DNA of 62,991 bases, counting the filler, from Asterionella formosa (lineage: Eukaryota), in NCBI GenBank assembly GCA_002256025.1. It is 15 parts of 15 records of this genome, joined end to end, with 100 filler letters (N's around TTAATTAATTAA, not from the genome) between each part and the next. Parts side by side here need not be neighbours in the genome. Positions count along the whole stretch, not along the records: positions 26,502 to 48,522 come from NKIB01002882.1; positions 48,623 to 49,970 come from NKIB01002883.1; positions 50,071 to 51,418 come from NKIB01002884.1; 12 more parts are not named here. One strand, 5' to 3'. A model generated the notes under the pieces. It did no database searches. It saw nothing but the letters and a program-made list of their open reading frames with translations, and was not told the origin of the DNA. Both the position numbers and the translations under genes were made by a program. This document shows positions 38,901 through 51,518 of this stretch, one piece after another (the stretch's first letter is position 1; each line of letters starts with the position of its first letter).

Positions 38901-40428
38901 AAACACAACGAGGGTGCACAAAAGACAGTCCCATTTTAATCGACTGGCTGATACTTAGTTGTGAGACTCACCATTCTGCAATGGTGTTGACTTTCTTGAT
39001 CATTGCCTTGTTCGAAGCACAATCAATTCGAATGCTATCCAGTGAAACAGCCAATGAAAACAATTGTGGCGAAAAAGCGCAGAACAGATCAAGAGATTTC
39101 ATAGGAATTAAAATAACAACAGCAGGGCATATATGATGCACTGCTCTTTGTGTAGACTATATTTGATCATTTCCATATTTCATACTATACAGGTGCAGCA
39201 TGGATGACTCCTCCCGCCCTTTCATTAGATATGCAGCAGGAGTCATGTTGCGATAATTCTACAGGACCTATAGGATTGGTAGTCTGTTGGTCATCATTTC
39301 ATTTCCGCATTGAATATACCAGTAGGAGTCATGTATGCATGCATGCTGCGACAATTCTTAAAAGACATAAAAATTTGGTAGCTTGGGGGTTATCACTTCC
39401 GTACTTTATACAGGGGGGAAGGGGTTGCATGCATGAGCAACTACTCCGGTATAAAATATGATCTTTAATCCATAATTTTTGATTCGTTTATCCTATACCT
39501 TTGATCATAACATATTGTATCATATGATAAACGGTGTCGTTGATGAGAAAATGAAAGATCAATATTTATTTTCAAGAATCAGGATTAATTGATCTTAAAA
39601 ATATGATCAAATGATCCTAAACACAAGAGCATATTCACTTTTCCGCTGCACTATTGTGGTATTCCCATGATAGAAGTAGCACCCAGCAAGAATACAGTAC
39701 TACCGGTACGCCATTTGAATTTTTCGACTGTATATGGTCAATGTGTCTATATACATAAATGTATGATTTAGACCATTTGAAAATTTGTTGATGACTCCCG
39801 TTTATTAAGGGGCTTAATTAAATAAGCCACTGACTTGTAGGTAAGGCACTGCTTGGCACAAGATTCAGAAAAGAGGAAGAAAAGGGCGAGACAGGAACAA
39901 TATACATTGAGCCGAGTAGAGAGAGGAACGTTGTTGGGTCGCTGGCCTGTCGAATCATAGATAGCACTGCTAGATTTGATAGTTAAATTACGATCCTTTT
40001 CAATCTATTTTGAACATTGCTTGTGGTTAGAATTGTGATCATGTTTAAGATAGATATACGATTAAACAGTTCACATGATAGCATAAAGTTTAGCTGATTT
40101 TAGGATGCGTTGTAGTAATAATTTAAATTTGGCGATCACGAGAAGTGAAAATAATATGAGAAGGTTTATGATGTTAATGAGAAATGTTGTTGATCATTTG
40201 ATATACATTGTGTGATGATAATGTTCTTACTATCATTATACTTCAAGGTCGGTAAAATATTAATAAATCATCATAGTTATAGGACACCTTGATCCTAGTT
40301 TTGATCCAAAAATTATCATACATACGAAAATCCTGTGCCACTAAGCGTACAATATCCTTGATCCAATATGCATGATACTTTTTATTTGCACACGAAAATT
40401 TTGCGCAAAGTAGAGTGCATTTCCTAAA

Positions 40429-41413
40429 GGTTCCTGCATTTCAACCCTAAATTTTAACGGGAGAGTAAACAAAATTATTTTATGTCAGAATAGTCAAACA
40501 AACAATTCTTGCGAGTCAAATGTAAATTATTATCATTAAACAGAGCTTTCACCGATTCACACCCTCCCCATATGCTTCGATACAGTCATTGATCAAAGTG
40601 GGGTGTAGGTCAACTCTATACAATGTCAGTATAAGACTGGAAATTTCGGGGAAAATCACTTTATTTGAAATAGTAAAAAACGAATTCTTTTCACAAGTTT
40701 CTCGCTAGAAGATATGTACTGATGCTATTTGAAGTTTTCATGTGTATCTAAATCGCCGTCAGACCCTGCGAAATTTTGAGCAATATTCGTCCAAAACATT
40801 CGGCCTGTTCAACCCTCTCCAAAATATCGGAATCAGAACCACTTAGCGCTGATCATCCGATAGGAGTCTTGTGATGCAATATTAAGTTGTAAAATTTCTT
40901 TTACCAAAAATTCCATTGTAAGTGCGCTTCTTAGTATTATTGACATACTGATTGGCTATTGCGAAATATTTTCCTCTGTTTGATTGTGCAAGGAATTACA
41001 AACCCATGCCGGCCACATTGGATACATATGTAACATTTCCTTGGGTGTACCGGTATGCCAGCACTATATCCACTACAGGTACCAGTAGATTATCATCATT
41101 GGACATCATATGCGTACTACTCGCTCCTTGAGTAAACTTTCAAATATTTGCCGAGCCGCTGGCTGGGTTGTCTATAAGAAACATAATCGTTAGCATATAT
41201 ACATTAAGCGATGTAGAATGTATATATAATATGTTTAGCGAGTTCAAAAAGGAATCTATGTACATAAACGTAAATTTCCACTGTTTTAAATATTTCAAAC
41301 AATGTAATCATGTCATTCAAAAATAGCTCATACAAATTCTTAGTTCCAGGGAATTTCGGCAACCCTAAGCATTATTATAATTTTTGCCTTCGTAGGGTTG
41401 AAATCCAGAAACC
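40429..41413. mobile_element. ~985-bp non-autonomous TIR element, GG termini and TTAA target (Kolobok-like)
   Basis: Left TIR GGTTCCTGCATTTCAACCCTA (40429) and right TAGGGTTGAAATCCAGAAACC (to 41413) followed by TTAA. Paralogous end at 48623-48828 is also followed by TTAA. Confidence 0.68.
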
Positions 41414-42529
41414 TTAAACTAACATACTCCCTAAATACTTTAACCCAATATTACGATTCATCAGAACCTGTTTTGTCCCAAATTATCTGATTTTATCAAT
41501 TTTTTTCCAGTTGTCTTTATAGGGCCTGCGGGCGCAAGCCGTTAGAAGTTTCATACTTTTATTTTTTAACGGCTGCCAAGGTGAGAAATATTTGTCGGTT
41601 TTGGGAATGAGTTCTCACGAAGAAGGAAATTACCGCAACTTGCAGTTAGTTAGACGACTCTTGCAAGATAATAATTACTGGTAGATGTGCAAAAAGTCTC
41701 GATTTTCAGCCAATATATTTACGTCAGGTTCATTTCCTTAGGGCTGATAAAAATTAAAAATTTCCGATAAAGTTTCTGATAAAACGTTTCATAATGTAAG
41801 ACGTTTATCACATTTGTCTGTTGGTGCCCTTACTAGGGCGCCTATTTTCTAATGAATTTGTTCATAACCTGTTAGATTTGCGTTAATTTCATGCATTTTA
41901 ATTGGACGTTGGGTTGCTGCTCCCAACATTCAAATGTCATTCTGTGATATAGGGGAGCAGCATTAAAGGCGTAATTATTTCTCACCTATCATCGTGATTC
42001 TGTTCATTTCATAATTGCATTAGAAACGTCATCATCTCTGTCTCAATGCTCCTATTGATGAAATTGACGGATCAGTGAACTGTTGAGGGAGTGGAAAGGA
42101 AACAATCAGCTCCTGCTGCTGTTTCATGCAAAATGATGTAAGTAGTAGTCCAAATTGGTGAAGCTTTGTTTGTTGTTGTAGTGTTCGCGTGCATGCTATT
42201 TCTCAACCGTGAACTTGCTTCTGTCCTTGAAGTGCTTCATTGTCAACATCGCTCAGAGCGCTCCAATTCGCATTGACTGGTAAAGGATTGGCGAATTGCG
42301 ATGATGGCAACGCTTGGGCTTGTTTTCTAGCAGATGATTCGTCAAACATTTCAGAAATTCTATATTGCTGTAGGACTCAATAATATATTCGTTTCCCGTT
42401 AAAATAGTAAATAAATACGTTGGTGAAAGAATATAAATGATTATCTGTTTTATTGCCCATTCCTACTCCCCTTTTTCAAGGCAAGTATTCATTGCGCTGC
42501 CTACCGAAAAGACCTGTGCTTCCCTACTA

Positions 42530-42785
42530 GTTTTGTTAGTGTAGTACTAGGTGAGTCCCCAACCACCCTCCACAAAAGATGATTGTCTTAGCCGCAGTGT
42601 TAGGGGAACTCCGACCGCCTAGGAAGGCGTCATACTCTGCTTGTAAGGGGGCAACCTACTATTTCTTGCACCCCAGGCAAGACAGTGTGGGAGTCGAAGC
42701 CAACAATTGCTTCCAAAAAAATTGCGGGAATCGAACCTCACAACCTCAGATCAAAGGCAACGTGCTAAACCGTAAGCCATTCCCT
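42530..42785 (-). mobile_element. Possible second tRNA-related SINE subfamily
   Basis: Minus strand GGGAATGGCTTACGG...GGTTCGATTCC head resembles the other copies, but the body differs and a T7 run follows the B box. Confidence 0.35.
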
Positions 42786-42879
42786 GGTAAAAGAATATAG
42801 TATTGATATTAGTTTGCTATTAACCTTAAAATGATTATCCTTGTACTGCAATGCGTTTCGCAAATGAGTTGTTGGGTCC

Positions 42880-43232
42880 CATTCAAGGGTTACCTTGTAT
42901 TGGGTCCAAATCAAGGTTCAACGTATATGGGCATGTTCAAAACAAGGGTTTTGGTATAGCTTAAATTGGAACTAATCTGATTGGTTAACCAATACAAGGT
43001 GGATGCAAAATAGTAAACCCAATACAAGGGGTACATCTTGTATTGGATATAAAGCCCTATTTTTTTTGGAGAAACTATTCATACCTTGTATTGGAAAAAA
43101 GAGCCTATTTTCTTGTATTGACTAAAGCATGGATTTGCAACCCTAATGACAAAGCTAGCCAATGCAAGGTCAACCTTGGTTTGGTAAATTACGTTTTCAC
43201 CTTGTTGTTGAATTGGATTCCATTACAAGGAA
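42880..43232. repeat. Cluster of CCTTGTATTG / CAATACAAGG motifs in both orientations
   Basis: About 8 copies (~42894, 42990, 43020, 43037, 43084, 43112, 43160, 43221); resembles transposon subterminal repeats. Confidence 0.6.
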
Positions 43233-43800
43233 TTTTCGTTTCCTGCGCAGGTACAAACCGGTGTGTAAAGGTCTAGTGAATACAGCTACCGGTCGTTATA
43301 CCTGTTATCACCATCAGGTAGTTTGTATGTAGACTGCCCACTGCTGAACTAGTGGACTCTACAGCCATAACAAAAAAATACGTAGTGTTTTGCCAGCATC
43401 CCTCGTTGTCTACAACCAGCACATACGAGGTACAAGATACCAGTACCAGAGGAAGGTCCAGTCATGGAGAGATTTAGCTTATCCTTTTTCGAAGTAAAAA
43501 GTGTTTTACCGGACTTTCCAAGGGAGTATCGGTACCTGTTGCTACAACCATGTACTGATATTTTCACTGAATATAGCTGCAGTGCGATACATGTACACCG
43601 GTAGTCTACCGGTAATTCATTTTTTGAAATATACGTGTACATCATACATACCGGTATCACTGCTTCGAGCTCGCCATTGAAACGAGTCTCCTTGCTTTTT
43701 GCAGGGAATCCCGGGGGTGTCCACGGGGGTACCTGGGTACGAGGTACCTGGCAGCCGTAAATGCAACCAAGGCTAATCCAAATATATTTTTAAGTCGACC

Positions 43801-45364
43801 ATGGCAATAAACACGACGGTTCCTCGTGGACCACCACCACCACCGCCGCCGCCGCCGCCGCCGCCACCGCCTCGTCCACCTCAGAATGCACCTCCGAGGA
43901 AAGTCCAAATTTCAATTGACACGAAGATATCGCCAGTCAAAAGTCCATCGTCACTATCGGCAGCTGCCGATCTAATTCGCACCTTGGACTCGGCGTTTGC
44001 GGAAATGTCTTCCTTATCGACGGAAGCGGCCAAGGATGCAGAGGATGCGAGGAGAAACGCAAGGGCGGCATCAGAAGTAGCCCGTCGATATGCGGCGAGG
44101 TCGTACCCAAAGACGAACGTTCCGTCGGCAGCTGCCAACGATTCCGACTGGGAAAGCTGGACGCCCACTTCAGCGGCGGGAGAAAATGCATCCACGCCAG
44201 GATCAGGCTCTGGGAGAAAAAGGAAGATTAACAAAACACCTAGCAGCACGGAGCGATTGGCTCAGTCTCATGCTGAAGATGTGCTCTCGCTCTCCTTGGA
44301 ATTGGAGCGCATGAAGCAGGAGTTAGAGAATGAACAGATGGCTCATGATCAGACTCGATCATCGCTCGCGGAACAGAAATCAAAAAATAAACTGCTGGAG
44401 GGACAGGTTCACAAGGTTTTGAGTGATTTGGAGACTTCACGGGAAGATCACGCTCGCAAAATGGATGGCGCGAAGGACGAGTTGAAGCGAGCACAAACCA
44501 GGGTGGATGCTGCTGAGGAGGACGCACAACTAGCATTGGACTTGGCGAAGGGCAACGCGGAATCACGAGAGCAGTTAGAGGTGTGGTTACAAAGAGCCTT
44601 ACAGGAAGTGCAGACGCTACGAGATCAATTGGATTGTATCGGCGTCACTCCTGGTTCAGTCCTACCCGCCAAGAAGGAGACCCAACGCGTTCGCTTTGCT
44701 GAATCGCCAACAATCGTTATTATTCCACATGCATCCGAACACGAACTTATCAACCTTACACCACCACCAACAACGCAATCATCAGTATCCAAAAGTCCTC
44801 GATCCATGGTAGCCGTTGGCCGTCAGCTGCTCCAAAAGGTCACAACCCCTTCAACTCCACTTCCAGTCCACACCATTGCCCTGACACCGAACAAGAGCGC
44901 CGAGCGGCGGCAAAAGTTAAGAGAACGACTGCGAGCTGCTGGTGAAGAAACTCCAACCTCGCTGCATACACAATTCAAGACAACTCCAGCCGTCCATGGT
45001 ATCGACATGGCAATGGCTACCGAGGCAATCGAAACATGCAAGCATGTATCGAACATTATTCGAGAAAGCGGGTCACGACTTGGCTTGGTAGGACATTGGT
45101 GGAATTTGAGCAAAAAAGATGAAAATATAGAGGCAATGACAAGGCACTACTGCAATTCAATTGAGGTAAGCATCCTTTGTCTTCTTAAAAATGGTTTAAG
45201 ACATGGATATTTGAAAGGTGATGGACAACTCACAATGTATGTTGGTCATGCAGACAAAGATTGATAACCAAAAAGAAGAAATCATGGAGCTTGAGTCACT
45301 TTGTGGTTACCTAGAAGGTCAACTTTCTGGGAACGGCTCTGATGGACCACCCTTAATCAAGTGA
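43801..45364 (+). CDS. Poly-Pro N-terminus + coiled-coil protein, ~491 aa, two exons (43801-45165, 45254-45364)
   Basis: Long ORF. Phase-0 intron GTAAGC (45166)...CTCAC...TGCAG (45253), 88 bp. Spliced exon 2 continues the coiled coil (TKIDNQKEEIMELESLCGYLE) to TGA 45362-45364. Confidence 0.82.
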
Positions 45365-45568
45365 TGTTCTGCTGGTGATACAATTTGTAATGGTTTGCCT
45401 GTAGCATGCTGCAACAGAGGGGTGCTAAACCAAAAAATACTGGCCGATGGTAATGTTTTACCTTTGCTGTCTCTTTGCAATCTATAATCCCAACTAGAAT
45501 GATGGAGTCTCTCAATTCTGACAAGGTTCATGTCTACACTGTATGTAGTATATACATTTGTACCTGTA

Positions 45569-45786
45569 GGGGAATAGCTTAGTTGGTTAGCTCACCTTCC
45601 AAGGTGGCGGGTTCGATTCCCACATTCTCCACATGCTTTGTGTATGTAGTCCCTTGGGTTCCAGGTGGTGGCTGAGGCAGACAACAAGCAGGTCTAAGGC
45701 ACTCTGTGGGGCCAAGTGCGACTTCACAACCTCCACAATAGTCGAGTTCTTTAACAATAGCTTACTATAAAATTTACTTAAAAATT
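45569..45786 (+). mobile_element. tRNA(Ala)-derived SINE-like element, copy 2
   Basis: GGGGAATAGCTTAGTTGG (A box) and GGTTCGATTCC (45610-45620). Acceptor stem GGGGAAT/ATTCTCC-A with G3:U70; anticodon arm collapsed; A/T-rich tail. Flanked by tacatttgtacctgta (45553-45568) / tatatttgtaccgata (45787-45802). Confidence 0.72.
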
Positions 45787-46651
45787 TATATTTGTACCGA
45801 TATTACATGGACAATACGTAACATCTATTCTAGCACTTGGAAAAGGAGAATGATTTTGAGTTTGGAGAGAATAAAGCAATATAAGCAAGACTTGCTTACT
45901 TTTGCTTGGTACTAGCTATTGCTTACATTTGGTACAGCCCGCCCCTCTATTGCCCAGTCATTGTTGTGTTTTCTTGACGTTTCCCTGTTTTGAAGAATAA
46001 AAATAGCATTAAACCTAGTACGTGACTAAGTGGTGATCACCATGCATACAGACAATTTTAATGAGTGAATTGATGATGATTTCTATGTAATTAAACGCCT
46101 GTCCTGCATCACATTATCAATTTCAGTAAAATGACCGCAACTTGCAGAATTCTATCAGGAGAGAACTCAAGTATAACCTATTTGAATACTTTAGTGTCAA
46201 CCTAGGAGACCAAGTTGCACACAAGGATTAACTGATAAGCTCAAATATTCAACATATACAAATATTTCTAGTTAGATACTTCACCAGGTACTATCGGAGT
46301 AACATCAGCCAGGTACCAGCAATTTGTGGTAAATTTGCCTAAATGACAATTTCGACAGCACGGATATTCAATCCTTCTGATCCAGTAGTACTTAAATTAT
46401 TATGCTGACCAGCTTGGACAATGGGTATCTTTCATTTGTGGCATGATTGTTTTGAATACTAATATGCTGGAAATCGATTTGGCAAGTTGTTTTCTTGTCA
46501 AGTATCAAATCATCCAGTGGTCATTCCATTACCATGATATTTGCACTCAAGTGTTTTAATGAGTTAGCCAAGGGAATTTGTGATTACTTTTTCACTAAAT
46601 ATTTAGCAAATCAATAAAATCGTCATTATATCGGGGTCAGTTTCATGACAC

Positions 46652-46706
46652 ATCCACTGTGTTATGACGTGATACCTACTAGTTATCACGTCATAACACA
46701 GTGGAT
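46652..46706. repeat. Perfect 23-bp inverted repeat with 9-nt loop
   Basis: ATCCACTGTGTTATGACGTGATA-cctactagt-TATCACGTCATAACACAGTGGAT. Confidence 0.95.
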
Positions 46707-48622
46707 ACTTAATTTCCATACATATTCGGATGTTACGAAATCAGCTAGTTTTTGTTTGACCGAAAACCCGGAAACTGTTTGAATTTCATTACGATAAATC
46801 TCGTGTTGTCAAAATGACGACGGCGGTTGCCGTTTGTCTTTCTTCCTAGATATTTATAATTCATTATCCCCTTTTTCGGATATGATTAATCATACAATTG
46901 TTTAGAGACTGAGCAATGGTAATGACTTGTAGACGAATTGTGTGTAGTGAAATCCATAATTTTTATATATTTAGCGCCATGACTTGATTTGGTTGTGTCA
47001 AAGCACGAGAAATCTAGCTACTAGGGAAATGTATAGGCAATATATAGATTTTTAAAAAATGAAATAAATATTGTTTTGATGTACTGGTACCGGTATTAGG
47101 CAAGTCTACCGGTAATTGTTTCATGGTATGTGGTACTGTTGGTACATTAAGCCGATTCACTCATCAGCATGCCCTAAAGGCATCCCGGTTTATGTTGCCA
47201 TTGCAAGAATGACAACACAACGCCAGACTGTGCACACATTTACTTTCTTGTTTACTACTATTCTTGGAAAACAGTATTTCCCCATTTGACTGCACGTTCT
47301 ACCATTTGCATTTTGGACATGAATGCTGCAAGTTGATTCAGCACCTGCATTCGAATTTTGTGAAACAGTAGATTGTCTTGGTTCCAAATGTTGAATTCAC
47401 AAGCAATTAATTGAAAGCAGTCTTTCCATGTGTCGAAAATTGTAGCGTTTCCCCTTATTTTTTGTATTGAAACTGTTGATTTCCGCTGTAAAAACTACAT
47501 GAAATCATCTATGTTGATGAGTCAATTTTCAACCAAAGATCGGTTCTCCACTGGTAGCAAGCGATGCGAAATTAAGATCCTGTTTTGCACGTAGTGCCCA
47601 CTTAACAACCAATTATCAAAAATATATCCAACCTGGACCTCTCCAAATTCAGTAAGAAGTACTAGTAGCTGCTCAGCACTCCATCGGACGAAATGTTTCT
47701 GATGGTTGGCAATTGCTGTATCGAAAATCGCCTCTAATTTTCTTTCTTGCTCTTTACGGTGGGTTACTGATAAAACCATGAGGGATGCAATAAACTAAGA
47801 ATGCATATGAAGATCATAGAGCCAATAACTCCTCAATTTTTTCAGACGCAACCAAGCAAGCCAAGGATCCTAAAAATTCAAGGTGGGGACAGGTACCAAT
47901 GAAATGATCAGAATGTGATGAATGAACCAACATTTAGGCCAGGAACTTTCTCCAAAATTTTGTCATTGGCTGGAGAACAAATGACAATCACAAGGCAATC
48001 AACAATGCACAGCCAGCACTTGAACAAACCTCCACCAAAGAACCAAGAAATCAACAATTAAGCACCAAGAGCTTATGCTTATTCCAACTTGCGGCTCCCT
48101 CTTGAGATGCTGGTCAGCTGACACTTTTGACTTATTGTTGCGTCATGGTCCAATATAGAAACAGAAACTCCCTTTCTACAGTGGTAAGAATGTTGGCAAG
48201 CCCACTGGGTTGTACTAGAACATATGACAAGCAAATAGACTTGGCATCCCCGGTAACAAATGAACCTTCTTCAATCTATTTGACTATATAAATGATTAAC
48301 CCGCTCAAGCTATCGTGGCGTCATTCGCTTACCTCCTGCCCACTAATTTAGCATAAATGTCAATTTTAGCCTACTATTGCCCATCACATAGAATATATTT
48401 TGTATATTTCCTATCTTCACCTCGAAAATTGCCAAAGGTCCGATATTGCCCATCATTAAAATATATTTTGGAGATTTCCTATCTTCGCATTTTGGCAAGA
48501 CAACAGACGCCAATTGCCCCTCNNNNNNNNNNNNNNNNNNNNNNNNNNNNNNNNNNNNNNNNNNNNTTAATTAATTAANNNNNNNNNNNNNNNNNNNNNN
48601 NNNNNNNNNNNNNNNNNNNNNN

Positions 48623-48828
48623 TATATCCTGACGATATATAGCGTTGACCTATACCCCTACTTTGATAAATGACTGTATTTAAGCATGTGGAAAGGGTGT
48701 GTATTGGTGAAAGCTCCGTTTAGCGATATACATTTACGTTTTGCTCGTAAGAAGTCTATGTTTGACTACTCTGACTTAATATTATTTTTTTAACCCTACC
48801 TCGAGCTAGGGGTTCAAATGCAGGAACC
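48623..48828 (-). mobile_element. Kolobok-like element end inserted at TTAA (48829-48832)
   Basis: Reverse complement aligns to 40429-40635. Confidence 0.7.
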
Positions 48829-49970
48829 TTAAAGATCATAGTTTATACCGGAGTAGTTGCTCATGCATGCAACCCCTTCCTCCCCCTGTATACAGTACGG
48901 AAGTGATAACCCCCAAGCTACCAAATTTTTATGTCTTGTAAGAATTATCGCAGCATGCATGCATACATGACTCCTACTGGTATATACAATGCGGAAATGA
49001 TGACCACCAGACTACCAATCCTATAGGTCCTGTAGAATTATCGCAACATGGCTGCATATCTAATGAAAGGGCGGGAGGAGTCATCCATGCTGCACCTGTA
49101 TAGTATGAAATATGGAAATGATCAAACATAGCTAGTCTACACAAGGAGCAGTGCATCAGCAATATATGCCCTGTTATTTTAATTCCTATGAAATCTTGCT
49201 CTTGATCTGTTCTGCGCTTTTTCGCCACAATTGTTTTCATTGGCTGTTTCACTGGACAGCATTTGAATTGATTGTGCTTTGAACAAAGCAATGATCAAAG
49301 TCCACCCCATTGCAGAATGGTGAGTCTCACAACTAAGTATCAGCCAGCAGTCGATTAAATCTGGACTGTCTTTTGTGCACCCTGGCTCGTTGTGTTTGTA
49401 CTTGACTTGGCAGCTGTCAGCCAAGAGCAGCCATGGCATGCCACCATTTATTGTCTATACAAGTTTCGAATGCGTTCAGCTATGATAACTTTTGCTCCCT
49501 TTCCTAAACACTGTCTCACAATGCACCCTTGTCATAGATTTTTCTTTATAGATTTTTCTTTATCCTTTGGCTTCACAGGCCCAGGTTACTCAATGCCTTC
49601 ATCTGCAAGGAGTTCAGCCAAGCAGGCCCACGTTGGCGTCAAGAAAACCTCAACCCCGATTTTCCTCACATGCTCCACCCATTGACTTCTTCATTGATGA
49701 AGTTGAGGTAGATATACTGACGACATCAGGTGGTGCAGGCTTGTGTATAGATTGATGATGCTGAAATCATTGCTTCTTTTTCCCGTAGGTACCTATTTGT
49801 CAACATTGTTTGGGTCAATCTATTCTTGTTCCCGCAAGACCAGCAGAAGCAATTATCCCTTTACTTCTCCTCCCAAGAACCTTCATTTCTCTTTCACAAT
49901 TGTCCTGATGATGTTTGCAGAGCATTTTTAGTTCCCTTGTTTTGATTTTTCCACTGGTTTCGATCCCTTT
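48829..49970 (-). repeat. Inverted paralog of 38365-39468 (3' part of the IS630/Tc1-like relic)
   Basis: Matching ORF fragments (MASQAQ..QCLHLQG; MTPPALSLDMQ). Confidence 0.92.
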
Positions 49971-50410
49971 NNNNNNNNNNNNNNNNNNNNNNNNNNNNNN
50001 NNNNNNNNNNNNNNTTAATTAATTAANNNNNNNNNNNNNNNNNNNNNNNNNNNNNNNNNNNNNNNNNNNNTGCAGCAGATTCTCACAATCCGATGTGCAT
50101 GACTATTAGTAGATCATGGGCAGAAATTTCTAGTGCCTGCATCCTCATGCAGTTCAAGACATCATGGAGCATGCATCCAATGACCTATCACTAGGCTAGT
50201 AGTAATATAGAGCATAAAGGAGCTTTCATACATATATTGTGTTTTCACTCTTTTTTGCATTTTCCTCTGGCTGTCAATTGCGAGTCTCTGACATATTTTG
50301 TTGGTAGACTGCGGTGATCGTTAGCTTTGGTTTAGGTTTGCTTCCCCAACATGAAATCAACAGATATTTATATGACACCACTGATATTCAGTGCAGCAGG
50401 AACGAAATTT

Positions 50411-51418
50411 TTACTTCTTCGATGGTTTGCGATTGTGCGTCATATGAGCCTGTACCAAGGTGTTGGCAGCTAGAGCAGCCAATAGGGATAACTCGCCCGC
50501 CATTGTGGCTGCAGCGACAACTAAAGCCAACTTGCGAGCGTTCTCACCAGGGACCTTGCCTCCGCCCTGCACACCAAGGGCTTTCAAGCAGGCAGCTTGA
50601 GCGGGGAGAGAAGTTCCTCCTCCTACTGTACCAACTTCGATAGAAGGCATTGTACAAGACACCCAAAGATCACCTTCTGGTGTTTCTTCCATAAGTGTGA
50701 TGCAATTGCTTGATTCCACATTTTGAGCTGGGTCTTGACCAGTTGCCAAGAAGACAGCAGATACGATGTTGGATGCATGAGCATTAAATCCTCCAATGAC
50801 CCCAGCCATTGCAGATCCAATCAAATTCTTGTTGAGGTTTGTCTCGATCACAGCCTTGACAGTTGTTTTGAGAGTTGATCTAACAACGTCTTTCGGAATG
50901 ATTGCTTCGACAACAACAGACTTGCCTCTGCCCTCCAACCAGTTCGTCGCGGCAGCCTTCTTGTCGGTGCACATGTTTCCCGAAAGAGCAACCAGCGACA
51001 AGGAAGGAAATTTATCCCGCAGTAAATCAATAACCGCCAAACTTCCTTTTGACACCATATTCATTCCCATGGCGTCTCCGCTAAAGCATACCAGTCGAAG
51101 ATAGACATTGCGACCAGCAACTGTTGGGTTGCATCCCTTGAGTTTCCCAAAGGACGTTGTCGATTCAAACGCCACTTTCAGTAAAGCAAAATTTTCTGGG
51201 CGTTCGCACCATAACTTCAAGTCTGCCGCCTCCATTGCCGATCGCATTCGAACGCAAGGAGCACGGGTGATTCCATCTCTCAAGATAACAGCATTCGCTC
51301 CACCACCTTGTGAAATAGCCTTGGCACCGCGTTGGGTCGATGCGACCAAGCAACCTTCTGTCGTGGCCATGGGTACATAAACGGATTCTCCGTTCAATGT
51401 TAGTGGACCGACAATACC
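50411..51418 (-). CDS. HMGR: Class I HMG-CoA reductase, catalytic domain (5'-partial)
   Basis: GIVGPL...[66 protein letters not shown]; stop TAA at 50411-50413. Confidence 0.97.
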   Translation of the reverse strand, partial: GIVGPLTLNGESVYVPMATTEGCLVASTQRGAKAISQGGGANAVILRDGITRAPCVRMRSAMEAADLKLWCERPENFALLKVAFESTTSFGKLKGCNPTVAGRNVYLRLVCFSGDAMGMNMVSKGSLAVIDLLRDKFPSLSLVALSGNMCTDKKAAATNWLEGRGKSVVVEAIIPKDVVRSTLKTTVKAVIETNLNKNLIGSAMAGVIGGFNAHASNIVSAVFLATGQDPAQNVESSNCITLMEETPEGDLWVSCTMPSIEVGTVGGGTSLPAQAACLKALGVQGGGKVPGENARKLALVVAAATMAGELSLLAALAANTLVQAHMTHNRKPSKK

Positions 51419-51518
51419 NNNNNNNNNNNNNNNNNNNNNNNNNNNNNNNNNNNNNNNNNNNNTTAATTAATTAANNNNNNNNNNNNNNNNNNNNNNNNNN
51501 NNNNNNNNNNNNNNNNNN

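Noticed and set aside
45166..45264. ORF-track C-terminus VSILCLL...HADKD
   Set aside because: Read-through of a canonical GT-AG intron.
45569..45631. Functional tRNA gene
   Set aside because: Only ~63 nt with no canonical 7-nt anticodon loop, embedded in a repeated body with TSD-like flanks.
47190..48330. Possible transposase relic on the minus strand
   Set aside because: Fragments look coding-derived but I could not recognise a diagnostic motif.
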